A stretch of 63,622 bases of DNA, filler included, from Vannella sp. (taxonomy: Eukaryota), in NCBI GenBank assembly GCA_023345925.1. It is 8 parts of 8 records of this genome, joined end to end, with 100 filler letters (N's around TTAATTAATTAA, not from the genome) between each part and the next. Parts side by side here need not be neighbours in the genome. Positions count along the whole stretch, not along the records: positions 10,107 to 26,247 come from JAJQQN010000229.1; 7 more parts are not named here. The stretch is one strand, 5' to 3'. A program made the position numbers and the translations under genes. The notes beneath the pieces are model-generated. The model saw only the letters and a program-made list of their open reading frames with translations. It did not search any database and was not told the DNA's origin. Positions within the stretch are counted from its first letter, which is position 1; the number at the start of each line of letters is the position of its first letter. Of this stretch, positions 10,107 to 21,128 are shown one piece after another.

Positions 10107-12512
10107 GGGAATGATGAATCCAGGAGGCACGGTATCCTTGAATTTAATGTCATAAGCTCCTGCTCCACCCTTGTTACTGAACTCCAACTCGAAAGTAATA
10201 ATGTCTCCAATATCAGGTCCAATAATGTTACCATTCCCGTCGTACGATTCTGAAGGATTAAGGCTTGGTGGAGCTGTTTTCTTTGTCACAAGGTAAGGCT
10301 GTCTCAGAATGAAGGGTGCGTACGCCTTCAGAACATCAGGGGGGCCAGCCAGTTGCTTTAGACGAGTCTCAGCAATGCTGGTGAGGGTGAGCTTGTCCGC
10401 AGTGACGTTATTCTGGACAGGAAGTCTATAGAAGATGTCCAGAGATAACTGGCCAGGGATCTCACCTCTGTTTGTTGGTGGAAGATATGGAGGATACGTC
10501 CAGATGAGCGAATTGGTGATAGGATCAAAGGAGAAACTTGGCTGACTCAAATTAGTGCTCATGTTATCCAGAGGACCGAATGCGTAGTTGAAAAGCGGAG
10601 GTTTCAACAAGCCATTGATAGACCCGTTGGTGCCCGGAGTGAGCGTTTCAGCCTTCAAGTTAGGGATTGGGAGGCGAACAATGACCTGCAGTCCCTGGAA
10701 CTTTCCTGCGGGGAGCTTGGAAGTGATACGGAAAGTCACCTCATCTCTTGGTGTTACCTCAGAGAAGAGTCCAACACCAGCTGTTTCGTAGTTGATGATA
10801 ACGAGTTGGTGGGTCAATGATTGAGTCGGGATGATTCCAAAGTCAAAAGCAGAGTCTATGAAGCCTGTAACAAGCGGAGGGCCTGATCTGTTAACTGGAT
10901 CCAAGATCTTGGAAGGTTCCAAATTCACATAGTTTTCAACCTTGTCTCCAGAGGATAAGAAGTCTCTACCGTTGATAACAGCGTAGTTACTGGACACAAC
11001 AGACGAGAATATGACAGAGATGACCGAAGGATCAGTTGCGTTTGTTGCTCCATATAACGCACAATCAGCTGCACCAGTGTTGGGAGGAATGCAGTCACCA
11101 AGGATTTTGGTAGTACCGTTCACGCGGAATAGAGCATTCGAAACTTTGAAGAGAATCTCCTGAGATCCATCAAGCGAGTTTGGAGGGGAGACTACATACT
11201 CACTACCCAGTAAAGGGAATGCACTAAGTTTGGGGACCTTCAGTACCGGAGGATTAGAAGAAGCCTCGAAATCAAGGCCATCTTTTAGACTATCTTTGAA
11301 CACAATCTCGTCCAAGATTTGATAGTCGCTCACTTGAACTTGAAGATTCCAATCCACAAAAGAACCGATGAAGAACTGTCCTGAACGTGCAGTACCTTTT
11401 TTCGCCATAACTGCCGCCTTAATTGGGTAATTTTTTACTCCAGAAGGTACGTTCAAAGTAGTGGGAGGATCGTTTAGGTCGAATGGCTGCCAGTTTACTT
11501 GGGTAGTTGCAGAGTTCGATTGCGACGCAATTGCCGAGCCAAGAGCAATTGTTCGAATACCGCGACCGTTGAATTCAGGAACGTAAAAATCGATATCAAC
11601 ACTTATCTCAGATGGGGCGGTGACGGTGAAGGGACCAGCGCAAGTCACCGATAGAGTGCTCAGATGGGCAGGTATGCCAGTCGTAGCGGGAGTTACGCAT
11701 ACCACCGTAGAGAGGCTGGGAGGCAGATTGGTTTTGATTTTCTTGATAAAGATGTTGTCAGAAACCCTGTCCGATATGACAAGGCTGGAGTAAGTACCAA
11801 CAGCCAAAGAAGCTTTCAAGGTGAAGGTTTGCGGGTAGCTGGGACCAGGAGGGAACTCTCCAGTGGGAACTTTCTTTTCAAACTTGAATCCAGAAGGGGT
11901 GACAGCAAGAGGGCTAGGCCAAGTGGTCACAAACGGAGAGGGAGGAGTAACAATCGGGGGATCACAGCAGGGGTCATCGAGAGGAGATTTTCCGTACTGG
12001 AAAGCGCCTCTGTTCCGGATAAGGAGAGCTTGGTTGGCGTCAGCACGGTTGTCGAGTTTGAACTTAACCTCAACGGCAGCTGATTCACCGGCAATGAAAG
12101 AACCAAAGGGAAGACGAAGGGCAACGAGGGTATCGCCCGCTGTCACTCCATACAAAGGAAGTTTCACATGATCAGGATCTACCAGGGTTGGATGTTTGGC
12201 TGCTGGCGAAGGACCTGTAGCAACATTCGCAAACACCACTTCGGAGGATGGAAGAGGGATTCCGCCAACGGTGGCACTGACGAAGGTAATTCCATCATAG
12301 CCATCAACACCAGCAGTAGGAATGTAGAGATCAAGGATAGGGCCGAATCCAATCTCATCTCCACCGTTAGCAAACGTGTAAACCACAGTAAACGAGTCGC
12401 CAATGGGCACCTCCACCGACGCAGGACCGGAGGTCTTGGCGATGGGAGCCGAAAGTGTCAGGGTGATCAACACAAAGACACCCCACAAGGAAGCGGAAGA
12501 CAGCCGCCGCAT
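10107..12512 (-). CDS. large secreted beta-sandwich repeat protein with DUF11/fimbrial isopeptide-type domains (3'-truncated)
   Basis: Signal peptide MRRLSSASLWGVFVLITLTLSA; repeats such as GDIITFELEFSNKGGAGAYDIKFKDTVPPGF and GSFVDWNLQVQVSD..DSLKDGL; about 800 codons without an intron. Confidence 0.75.
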
Positions 12513-13065
12513 CAACGTGGGAAAGAAAAGTTCCGTGAGAAGTCCATTTTCCCACTTATAAACCGATTTTGGTCGTACTGATCTCTGATTGGCCTGTCTG
12601 GACCAATGGCGCTGATTCTCCGTACTTTCTAACAAGGACCCTTTTCTTTCTCCATTTCTCGAGTTGTTTAATCTCTAAGGGAGGGATTTGAAAGATGTGA
12701 GAAGAAGTTGAATATTCTTATTCTGGCCAGAACTTTGAGTGGTCAAACAAGCCTCCAGGTTATGGTAGGGTTTAGGGTTTCCCAGCAACAGGATCTCATC
12801 GCAGGGTCTCATCTTCTCAGATGATGGTTGGTAGTAGATATTAGTGCCCTCTACCAGGGAGGGTACTATCTATCCTTTATGGCCATCTGATGATTAGTCA
12901 TGGCTCCACTAAACCACGTCCGCTGGCCTCCTTTGAAAGTGCTTCGGTCAGTCCGAGACTCAAAGGTTTGTGAGTATCAATTGAAGAGGCGTAGTTTAAT
13001 TTACAATAAGAGCTATTATTAATAATAGAGGGGATTCAGACCAACTGCTTATCGTCCTTCGTGGT

Positions 13066-13665
13066 TTAGGCGGAGGATTGAGAGAAGTGGTTCAGTGTGG
13101 GGTATTGACTTTCGATCAGTTGTTCTAAGGGCTGGTGTACGAGAGGTCGATCCACTGCGTAGGTGAGGAAGGCTACAACCTTCTCGATACCGTAGAGATC
13201 TTTGGAAGATTGGTAGCGCTCCCATGCAAGCGCCTGGAAGTCTTCCCAAAGGGCAGATCGGAACTGCTGCTCAAGACCGTAACTGTAGAAGCGGAAAAGA
13301 CATTGAAGTCCATAGGAGTGTCCCTCAACTGCGTCTGCGAGTGCCAACTGCTTGAAGTCGAGGTACATGGAACGGTTGTAGTGCTTTCGAAGGTTCACAG
13401 ACCAGAAGCGGAAGAGAGTGTTCATCTGAGCAGACTTACCGACACCTAGGCTGGTGCGATCCATCACGCAACGGTCTCGCCAGGTTTGGTACGTGCGGCG
13501 GTTGAATTTCTCCAATAGCTCATAAGAGGTGTGTTGCCGGTTTCCTTTCAGGGTAATGTTTGGGGAGACCTTCTTCATGGGAGACTTCGACGCCAAGGGA
13601 GACTTGGCATGGAAGGGCTTTGATGACAGGTGGACGGAAGGGGCTTTCTTAGGAGAGAATGGCAT
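13066..13665 (-). CDS. LARP1-type DM15 repeat protein (no La module)
   Basis: H.SYELL, GVGKSAQMNTLFRFWS, MYLDFKQLALAD, YGLQCLFRFYSYGLE, LYGIEK. Confidence 0.9.
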   Translation of the reverse strand: MPFSPKKAPSVHLSSKPFHAKSPLASKSPMKKVSPNITLKGNRQHTSYELLEKFNRRTYQTWRDRCVMDRTSLGVGKSAQMNTLFRFWSVNLRKHYNRSMYLDFKQLALADAVEGHSYGLQCLFRFYSYGLEQQFRSALWEDFQALAWERYQSSKDLYGIEKVVAFLTYAVDRPLVHQPLEQLIESQYPTLNHFSQSSA

Positions 13666-13899
13666 GTTAGTTCAATTGGGATTGGGAATGAGTTTGATCA
13701 TGTTGAAGAAGGAAGCCTTTCTCGCAAGTGACTGAAAATACCTTGAATTTGTGTCAACTGTCACCGGCTGATTTTTTTGGAAAATTCCAAGAAAATTTCG
13801 ATTTTTCGTTGGGAGAACTTCATTCTATTGTTGTTCTGGTGTGACCATCAGAGATCACAATGAGGAGCTTACCTGATTAATTGAGGTATTCTTTCGCGG

Positions 13900-16056
13900 A
13901 TGAGTGGGGGCTGGGGGTCCCGGAAGAGGGACAGGCCAACTGACGAACTTCCAAAACAAACGGGGAGGAAGTATCCTTGTAACTTTGGTGTCAATTGTCG
14001 GTCAATTAGCAACCCCCAACATCTCGCGAAGTACACGCATGAAGACGAGGGTCCGCCTTCAAAGAAGAGGATGACCCAGACTGACCTTGATTCCTTTCTG
14101 TCTATTCCTCTCCCATCCCCTGACCCCAAGGCGTCTTCCCTCCTTCTCCCCGCCACTGTGCCTCCCGCATGTGATGTTGGGAGGCTTTTGAATCCTTCAA
14201 GTGAAGCCATGTTCGAGATTAGTGACCCAGCAGCTTTGGATTGCAACTCAGCACTTATCCAAGAAACTCCCTCTTCAGACGATGACAATGCCACCCCAGA
14301 GTCCTCTGATACGGAGATCATACCCAGTCAGGGGTTAAATTGTCATTCCAGTGAAGAAGAAGGGATTCCTCCTTTCCCATGCTCTCCATTTGAGATCTCC
14401 CCCAACTTGCCAGATACCTATCAGGACTATTGGGATCATTGTCATGTTCGGTTACCTTGTTCGCCCTGCAACACCTATCGGAGATCAAATCGACCCAACA
14501 GATTGTTGTCCCGTTGGTACCTCATCCAAAATTTGCTTACAAGCGAGTCTTTGAAGTCATCCGAGGATCTTGAAGGGGTCATAAGTTCCTATCAGGGGGC
14601 CAACAGCAAGTATTGGGACTTTCAAGGACTTCATGCTTTCTTTAGAGACTCCCTTACCAAGCCAGAGCGTCGCAAGTTTTTTGAATGGACACTTCCACAT
14701 CTCATCAAAATGGCGCTAAGGCTCCCAGAGCTGTTTCCGAACGGGATCCCTTTGTTGAAAAGTATGGAAGAACGCCAAGTGACTTACAACCAGGAGCAAT
14801 TGTCTTGTCTTCTTGCCAATGGCTTCCTTTGTACTTTTCCTTCTCGTCAGGGTCAACCAACTCCCGAAGAGAGAAGAAATGGAATTGCTGGGGAGTGCTT
14901 CCAGCAATTCAACTTCTTTGGGCTTTTCCAAGGCAGTCATGGTTCTATCGACGATTCTCAAGCAGCCAAACTGGTCTGTCTTCTCCACTACTTTGAGAGT
15001 GTTGTTTCCCAGCCACTGACGGGGATGATAACCTTCCTTCGAAGGGTTATTCCTGTGGAATGCAGTATTGGTTGGAGATATAGCGCTCATCGACTCACTG
15101 CCCTTCACATCTTTGACACTGGTACCATTGAAGATGAAGGGGCTAAGGGATTGCAAGCCGACTTTGCAAATCGTATGATTGGCGGCGGGGTCCTGGGACG
15201 GGGATGTGTTCAAGAGGAGATTCGGTTTATAATTAGTCCAGAGCTTCTTTGTTCTCTTTTGTTTTCAGCTGAACTGGGAGATTCTGAGGCTCTTTTGATC
15301 AAGGGCTCTCAGAGATTTAGCAATTATACGGGTTACTCTTCATCATTTGACTTCAGCGGCCCTCACTCAGATTCTCTCCCTTTTGACTCCGATGGTCGGC
15401 GAGAAAGTTTTGTGATCGCCATTGACGCTCTGTACTATGGAAAGCAACAAAAGAAAACTCAGTATACTGCCAGTAACATCAAACGCGAACTCCTCAAAGC
15501 CTTTTGCGGGTTTGAGCGGAGTTCTTTGGAACCCGAGGAGATGATTCCTCTATCCACTGGAAATTGGGGCTGCGGAGCTTTTGGAGGTCATTTACAATTG
15601 AAAGCGATCATTCAATTGATGGCGGCTGCCCAAGCTGGTCGCTGTGTCCATTACTTCACGTTTGGGGAAGCCAACCTAAAGGAAGACTTTGAAAAGGTAT
15701 ATTCCTTCCTAGTGGGCCAGCGCGTGACTGTTGCTCAACTCTACAAGTCCTTGCTGGTTTTCGGCCGTGCTGTACATGGGAAACGAATCACATCGCTTTT
15801 GGAAGAAAGTGACTTGCAATCGCAGGTCGATATCTTTGCTAGTGCCAACCCTCCGGACTTGTTCGGGTTTTTGACTTACTTTTTTCAACTAACCAACCAC
15901 CAAGATGATGGGGAAGACGCCTCCACCACTCCCTCACTTCCAACAGGCGACAAACCCCAAGAAGTCACCAAAACCCTAAACCCTGATTCGGAAGATAGCC
16001 CCGACAATCTCATTCCCTCGCCCACACCTTCAATAGAATGTGTACAACTCGAGTGA
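13900..16056 (+). CDS. PARG: poly(ADP-ribose) glycohydrolase with N-terminal PBZ zinc finger
   Basis: ADFAN..IGGGVLGRGCVQEEIRF, YTGY, TGNWGCGAFGG; N-terminal CNFGVNCRSISNPQHLAKYTH. Confidence 0.95.
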   Translation: MSGGWGSRKRDRPTDELPKQTGRKYPCNFGVNCRSISNPQHLAKYTHEDEGPPSKKRMTQTDLDSFLSIPLPSPDPKASSLLLPATVPPACDVGRLLNPSSEAMFEISDPAALDCNSALIQETPSSDDDNATPESSDTEIIPSQGLNCHSSEEEGIPPFPCSPFEISPNLPDTYQDYWDHCHVRLPCSPCNTYRRSNRPNRLLSRWYLIQNLLTSESLKSSEDLEGVISSYQGANSKYWDFQGLHAFFRDSLTKPERRKFFEWTLPHLIKMALRLPELFPNGIPLLKSMEERQVTYNQEQLSCLLANGFLCTFPSRQGQPTPEERRNGIAGECFQQFNFFGLFQGSHGSIDDSQAAKLVCLLHYFESVVSQPLTGMITFLRRVIPVECSIGWRYSAHRLTALHIFDTGTIEDEGAKGLQADFANRMIGGGVLGRGCVQEEIRFIISPELLCSLLFSAELGDSEALLIKGSQRFSNYTGYSSSFDFSGPHSDSLPFDSDGRRESFVIAIDALYYGKQQKKTQYTASNIKRELLKAFCGFERSSLEPEEMIPLSTGNWGCGAFGGHLQLKAIIQLMAAAQAGRCVHYFTFGEANLKEDFEKVYSFLVGQRVTVAQLYKSLLVFGRAVHGKRITSLLEESDLQSQVDIFASANPPDLFGFLTYFFQLTNHQDDGEDASTTPSLPTGDKPQEVTKTLNPDSEDSPDNLIPSPTPSIECVQLE

Positions 16057-16255
16057 ATGAAGGATTAAAGAACTCTGTTTGCAGTTTAAGCCCTTTCTGG
16101 AGTGCAACCGGCCCAACGGGCGGGGAGACCGCGCCTCTCAAGAATCAGGTGGGAGGAGGAGAAAGGAGGTTAAGGAGTAGAGTACATTAGAAACGAGAAG
16201 ATGGTAGAGGCTCTTGAGGGCCTAAAAATACAGAAGAGCGAGTTAGGGTCGACTT

Positions 16256-16836
16256 CTATCGCTTGTGAGGAGGTCGGGATATAGAACGGTCACGGTGGTT
16301 TCCTGTGAGGGAAGGAGTGAGCTTTTGGTTGTTCAGCGCAGCGATCCAGACGCTTTGCTGTTCTGCAGAGGCCAAAGCAAAGTAGAAAGGATCTTGACCC
16401 AGCCATATGCGAATGGGAAAGGGGTAGTGATCGCGGAAGGAGCAGGATGCCCACGTTGGTACAGAATCGGGGACAACCGCCTCTGCAAATACGATACGAC
16501 CACGCTCGAAGCAGTTCTTCGGCAAGAGTTTCTCGTCCGAGTACTTGAACTCGCGTTGGGTGAGTTCGAAACGCCTCACTTTCCAGTTCAAGAAGCGTTT
16601 GCTACTGAAAGAAAGCTTCACCCCCCAATCGCACAACGGCAACACCACAGAACCGTCCGCTTGCATTCCAGCCAAGGGGACGAGCGCGAGAAAAAAATGG
16701 GTCCCAAAGACGCTCAAGGACCATTACACAACAAATCACACACTTACTCATCAGCTCACTGTTGGAGAACCGCGCAAATGAAAAAGAAGAAGGCTGCAGC
16801 GAAGAAGGGCCACACGAAGGACCGAATGGACTCCAT
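16256..16836 (-). CDS. small PH-domain protein with N-terminal hydrophobic anchor (2 exons)
   Basis: NWKVRRFEL...FYFALASAEQQSVWIAALN; upstream exon MESIRSFVWPFFAAAFFFFICAVLQ joined through a GTGAG..AG intron. Confidence 0.75.
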
Positions 16837-17029
16837 CAATTGAATGGGCTCGCTGGAGTTGTTCCTTGGCATCCTGAAGTCTCTCTGTTAAGGGGTAGTG
16901 GTGAGTTTATAGGATTGGTTGAGTTTGTCAGTTAGAGGACCCTGTTGATGGCAGTTGATGGCACAAGTAGACCTTTTTAGTGCCAGGGATTATGTCACAA
17001 TGAGGCTCAGTGCGTGCTTCATCATGTGT

Positions 17030-18603
17030 TCATAATAGTACAATGAAAAGAAGTAAAAGAGTCATTGGAGACATAAAGTGGGCTGTGGCGCGATCAGGAG
17101 TGAGATAGAGAACGAACAAGGGAGAGAGGAACTCTGAATTGTTGGTTGCTTTTTCGTCTTGATGGAGGGAGTGGATGGGAGACACGAGGCTGTTCGTCTT
17201 GATGGATAAAGGTTCTTCTGTCGACGTGGATGAGGGAGGACTTTCAAGGGAACTTTCAGATTGGGAAGGGGAAGGCGAAGTGGATAGGCTTTGAGACTCG
17301 GACCTTGTTATCGACACAGACTCGGACATGGATGATGGGGAACCATCCACAGAGACGGAAAGAGAATTGGACACAGAGGTGGACAGAGATGGGGAAATGG
17401 AGGTGGAAGTGGAAAAGGAGACTGTCAAGGTCGGAGATGGAGAGGAAGAAGGGAGAACTTGGTCAGTTGAGCCTTTGCTTTCCAAGAACTCTTTCAGCAA
17501 AGGAACAAAAGAGCACGGATACTGGTCTCCCACGTCTTCATAACAAATGCATTGACCAAACATACATCGGCTAATCCCGGGACGATCGCATGAGGGGTCA
17601 CACTCCAGCTTGACAACGACGAGATTGTTATCGTAGTTAGATTCAACAAGGAGTCTCTCCGGATTGACCTCCATCTCGAGGCTCCAATGTTCGGAAGGGT
17701 CCGAATCGGTAACGTCGACCCATTGACAGTCCAAGTCACTTCCATACCAATCGCTCCATCCCCGCTGTACACCTTGCGCGTAATTACATGTGAACACCCG
17801 AGCTCCGCCCATAAGCCAAGGAAAGGAGTCAACCATGCAAAAGCCAGATTTGTGGGACTTCGCCACTTCCCCCTCAGCCCCAACCAGCCGGAACTCCGCA
17901 AAGTCCTTAAAGTGACTGTGTTGGTGGCACGAGTGATACGTCCAAAGATCTGCGTTGGCACCAGGCTTCCCCACTTGCATGTCCGCTTGACCAATGTTCC
18001 GAGTTTCTGTGTTGAAGCGGAGAAGTAACCTTCTCCCAGGAAGAGTGCATCCTTCATCCACTGCACAGTGACACTCTTCAAAGTCTTGCACAGAGAGGAA
18101 GGGATACAAGGTCTCCCTGTGGATGATAAGATCGGGTTTGTCTAGAAGAACGTGAGAATCGTATCACTTGCTTCTGGGATCGTACACAGTGGGCTGGAGC
18201 AGAACCCTTCCAGTGTGCAGCAATGGTTGACACCAAGGCAGATAGGAATGTCACAGCTGGGGCCTCGATAGCCAGGGTAGCAGTTGCAGAGGTAGTTGGG
18301 GCGGCAGTTCCCATACACGCAGTTCTCACAAGTTGGCTCATCACAGTCCTCTCCGAGCCAGCCCGATGAACATGCGCAACTCCCATCTATCTTGCAGCGT
18401 CCATGAAAGTAGCAGGAGTCTTGACAGGTTTGCTCTAGAAGAACCCTTCCTTGGTCAGGACCCGCCAGAGCAGCGGCGCCACGAGAGAACTCACCAGGAG
18501 CTACACAAAGAGTAGCGTTCGAGTGTCCAGTAGTCGTATGCCCCGTATCCTGCGAGAGAGCCAAGCCCAGAACAATGGCGAGGAGAAGAGCCGCCCTCTC
18601 CAT
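17030..18603 (-). CDS. lysyl oxidase-domain protein with EGF repeats, Ser/Thr stalk and C-terminal hydrophobic (GPI-like) tail
   Basis: Signal peptide; EGF-like Cys repeats; LLRF; Cu motif WTYHSCHQHSH; LTQ Lys (HKSGFC) and Tyr (DWYGSDLDCQWVDVTD); ESNYDNN. Confidence 0.9.
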
Positions 18604-18652
18604 CAGCCCCAATCAAAATGAACGTGAAAGGCTCTCCTTTGGCAGAACCTAC

Positions 18653-18684
<32 letters not shown>

Positions 18685-18688
18685 GAGG
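18653..18688 (+). repeat. (GA)n microsatellite
   Basis: Near-perfect GA run in the short divergent intergenic region. Confidence 0.9.
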
Positions 18689-18714
18689 GAGGAGTCATAG
18701 GGAGAAGGGAGGGC

Positions 18715-19585
18715 ATGTTAGGAGGGCTCGCCAGGAAGGCGCCATTTCCCTTCATTCGCATGTTTGCGTCGCTGCCGGTGCGTGGTGGCCTTTGTTGGGG
18801 TGGCTTGGTGGTGCTGATTAGGTAGGAAATGGTAGAACCCGCTGGTGTTGGAGCCTCGGGGAGAGGCGACTGCCTCCGTTATCTTCTTGCACGGGTTGGG
18901 CGATACCGCCTTGGGTTGGAAGGATGTGGCACAGATGCTTCAGCAGAGGATGCCTCACACACGTTGGATCCTCCCTACTGCGCCTGATCGCTTCGTAACG
19001 ATCAACCAAATGGAAATGCCCGCGTGGTACGACATCGAGTCTCTCACTGACCGCCATTGTTGTACTCTCGTTCCAGCATGGTCTCTTTCTAACCCCAACG
19101 GTTAGCTAACAAGTGTGGCGGCATCGAAGAGTCCCGAGAGACTCTGGTGAAGCTCATCGAAGCCGAAAGGAGCCGAGGAATCCCTTCCGAAAGGATCGTT
19201 GTTGGAGGGTTCTCTCAAGGAGCAGCAACATCTCTTTATGGTTGTATTCAATACCCTGAGGTACTGTGCCATCTCCTCTCCCTGGAAAGCCTTCTCAGAC
19301 GTGCAATAGCGGTTGGGGGGAATCATGGCCCTAAGCGGGTATCTACCTCTTCCTGTCCCGGTGGAGAAGAGGGTGAACTTGTCCACACCATGGATTATGT
19401 GCCATGGCCACGCTGATGGTGTGGTGCCGATGCAGTTCGCCAAAGACTCTTTTGAGACCATCCAAGGGGAATATGGACTTGCTGGTACCTTCTTGTCCTA
19501 CCAACGGATGGCCCACGAACTGAACCAAGAGGAGTTTGACGATGTCTTGAAGTTCCTTCTGGCCCAACTCCCCAAGTCTCAATGA
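18715..19585 (+). CDS. acyl-protein thioesterase / lysophospholipase (APT1-like), multi-exon
   Basis: IFLHGLGD, MPAWYDI, GGFSQG, HGHADGVV, MAH; two in-frame ATGs (18715, 18760). Confidence 0.92.
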
Positions 19586-19839
19586 TCAAAGCGGCCCACC
19601 CAGCAGACTATCTGGCAGTAGACTCTCTTTGAGGGATTGCCTCACCAACAGAAGCTTCTTGTGCTCAGAACTGACTGTTTCCCCTCTCTACCTTTACTGT
19701 GGGAACTGCGGCTCTTTGTACTCGTTCTCACACACTCCAGCACGTTCCTTCAAAGGAAGATGTTTGGGACCTGATTCCACTCACGAGTGCTCCCAAGGAA
19801 CAGTGGGGTCGAAGCGTGAGGTGAGAACTGCGAGATGCA

Positions 19840-20520
19840 TTAGGACTGGAGAAAGTAGGAAGGAACGGGGAGGTCAGGGGTGGAGGAGATGGGCGGCCCT
19901 TGGGTTGTGACAAGAGGGATGAGACCAGCCCAGTATCGATTGGTCGCTATGTCAGACTTATTGTCCTTTGGCTCGCCTTGCCTCTCTTTGAATGAGCCAC
20001 TCTCGATGACGAAGCGAAGAACAGCCGTGGATTTCATCTCGTTAGCGTTTGGTTCTCTCGCATCCTCCCACCTTTCAGGACAGATCGCTTGGGAGGTAAT
20101 CAAACGTAACCCGTGCATTCTCTCTTCTTCGCTCTCGGCGAGACAAGCGGAGCCAAAGAGGACGGCGGAGCGAAAGTTGCAAGAGTGGTGGAACAAACTC
20201 CTCCCAATGACCAGCTCGTCGAGGCTGGTCACTGACACGCACATTGAAACACCTTCTTTGGCGGTTGGGTTCATGCCAGCAGCGACACTCCCGTGAAGAT
20301 AAAGTTCTCGCCGTTCCTCATCAACACCAAACAGCATCGGGAGAACCACAGGGTAAGCCTCTCCCTCGTCCTCCCGCACCAAGCCTACATGGACAATACG
20401 ATTGGCCTTCAGCAGAGCCAATGTCTTGTCCCAATCAAAGCTCACGCGAGCACGAAAGCGATGCGGTTTGGTCTTCTCGTCACGCGGCATCTCACGGTCA
20501 CCAAGCTGCGCGTCCGTCAT
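19840..20520 (-). CDS. pyridoxamine 5'-phosphate oxidase-like flavin-binding protein (NimA/Pyridox_ox_2 family)
   Basis: PVVLPMLF, LYLHGS, RSLFHHSCNFRSAVLFG, RWEDAREP, WAGLIPL. Confidence 0.88.
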   Translation of the reverse strand: MTDAQLGDREMPRDEKTKPHRFRARVSFDWDKTLALLKANRIVHVGLVREDEGEAYPVVLPMLFGVDEERRELYLHGSVAAGMNPTAKEGVSMCVSVTSLDELVIGRSLFHHSCNFRSAVLFGSACLAESEEERMHGLRLITSQAICPERWEDAREPNANEMKSTAVLRFVIESGSFKERQGEPKDNKSDIATNRYWAGLIPLVTTQGPPISSTPDLPVPSYFLQS

Positions 20521-20595
20521 TGTGCAGGAAGAATATAAAATGAGAGACTCTTCAAAACTCTGCAATGGGTGGAGCCTTGGGGTCTGGAAGGTTGG

Positions 20596-20988
20596 TTACT
20601 CGGGTGGTTTACTCGCGAAGGCTTGTTGGATGTCCCGGTGGAGTTGCTGAAGGGACTGGGGGCTGCGTAAGAGTACTTCCTCATGCTTTGGTTGCGAGAC
20701 TGCTTGAGCATCGGCAATCTCGCGGAGGACGACAGGGTCCCATTGCCCAGCATGGATCTTTGTTCGGGTTCTCCATTCCACAAACGAGAGCCATTCGCGC
20801 TTCTCCTTTGAGTGGATGAGAAAGGTGCCGTTGAGCGTGAGTAGAGGTCCCGTCCTCACCTTCTCGTAGATCTGTTTCGTCCGCACCTTCCAGATCGTGA
20901 AGACTCCCACGAACAAGGCAAAGAACGCTCTTGGAGTAGTAAAAAAGCCCCCTCTCGCAGCTTCTGCAGGCGCAGTGAGAAAGCCCAT
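20596..20988 (-). CDS. small single-TM hypothetical protein
   Basis: MGFLTAP.. with one TM segment; likely in-frame GTGAG..AG intron. Confidence 0.5.
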   Translation of the reverse strand: MGFLTAPAEAARGGFFTTPRAFFALFVGVFTIWKVRTKQIYEKVRTGPLLTLNGTFLIHSKEKREWLSFVEWRTRTKIHAGQWDPVVLREIADAQAVSQPKHEEVLLRSPQSLQQLHRDIQQAFASKPPE

Positions 20989-21128
20989 CGTCTTGTCAGA
21001 GCTCAAGACAGTCGAATATGTAATGAAATTATAAAGAAGTTTAGCTCCCAAGGCGAGTATTAATAGCAAAGTTTTTTGACAAAGTGCGATTTCGAGGAAC
21101 TTTTCTGAAACAGTCTTCTTCGTGCCTG

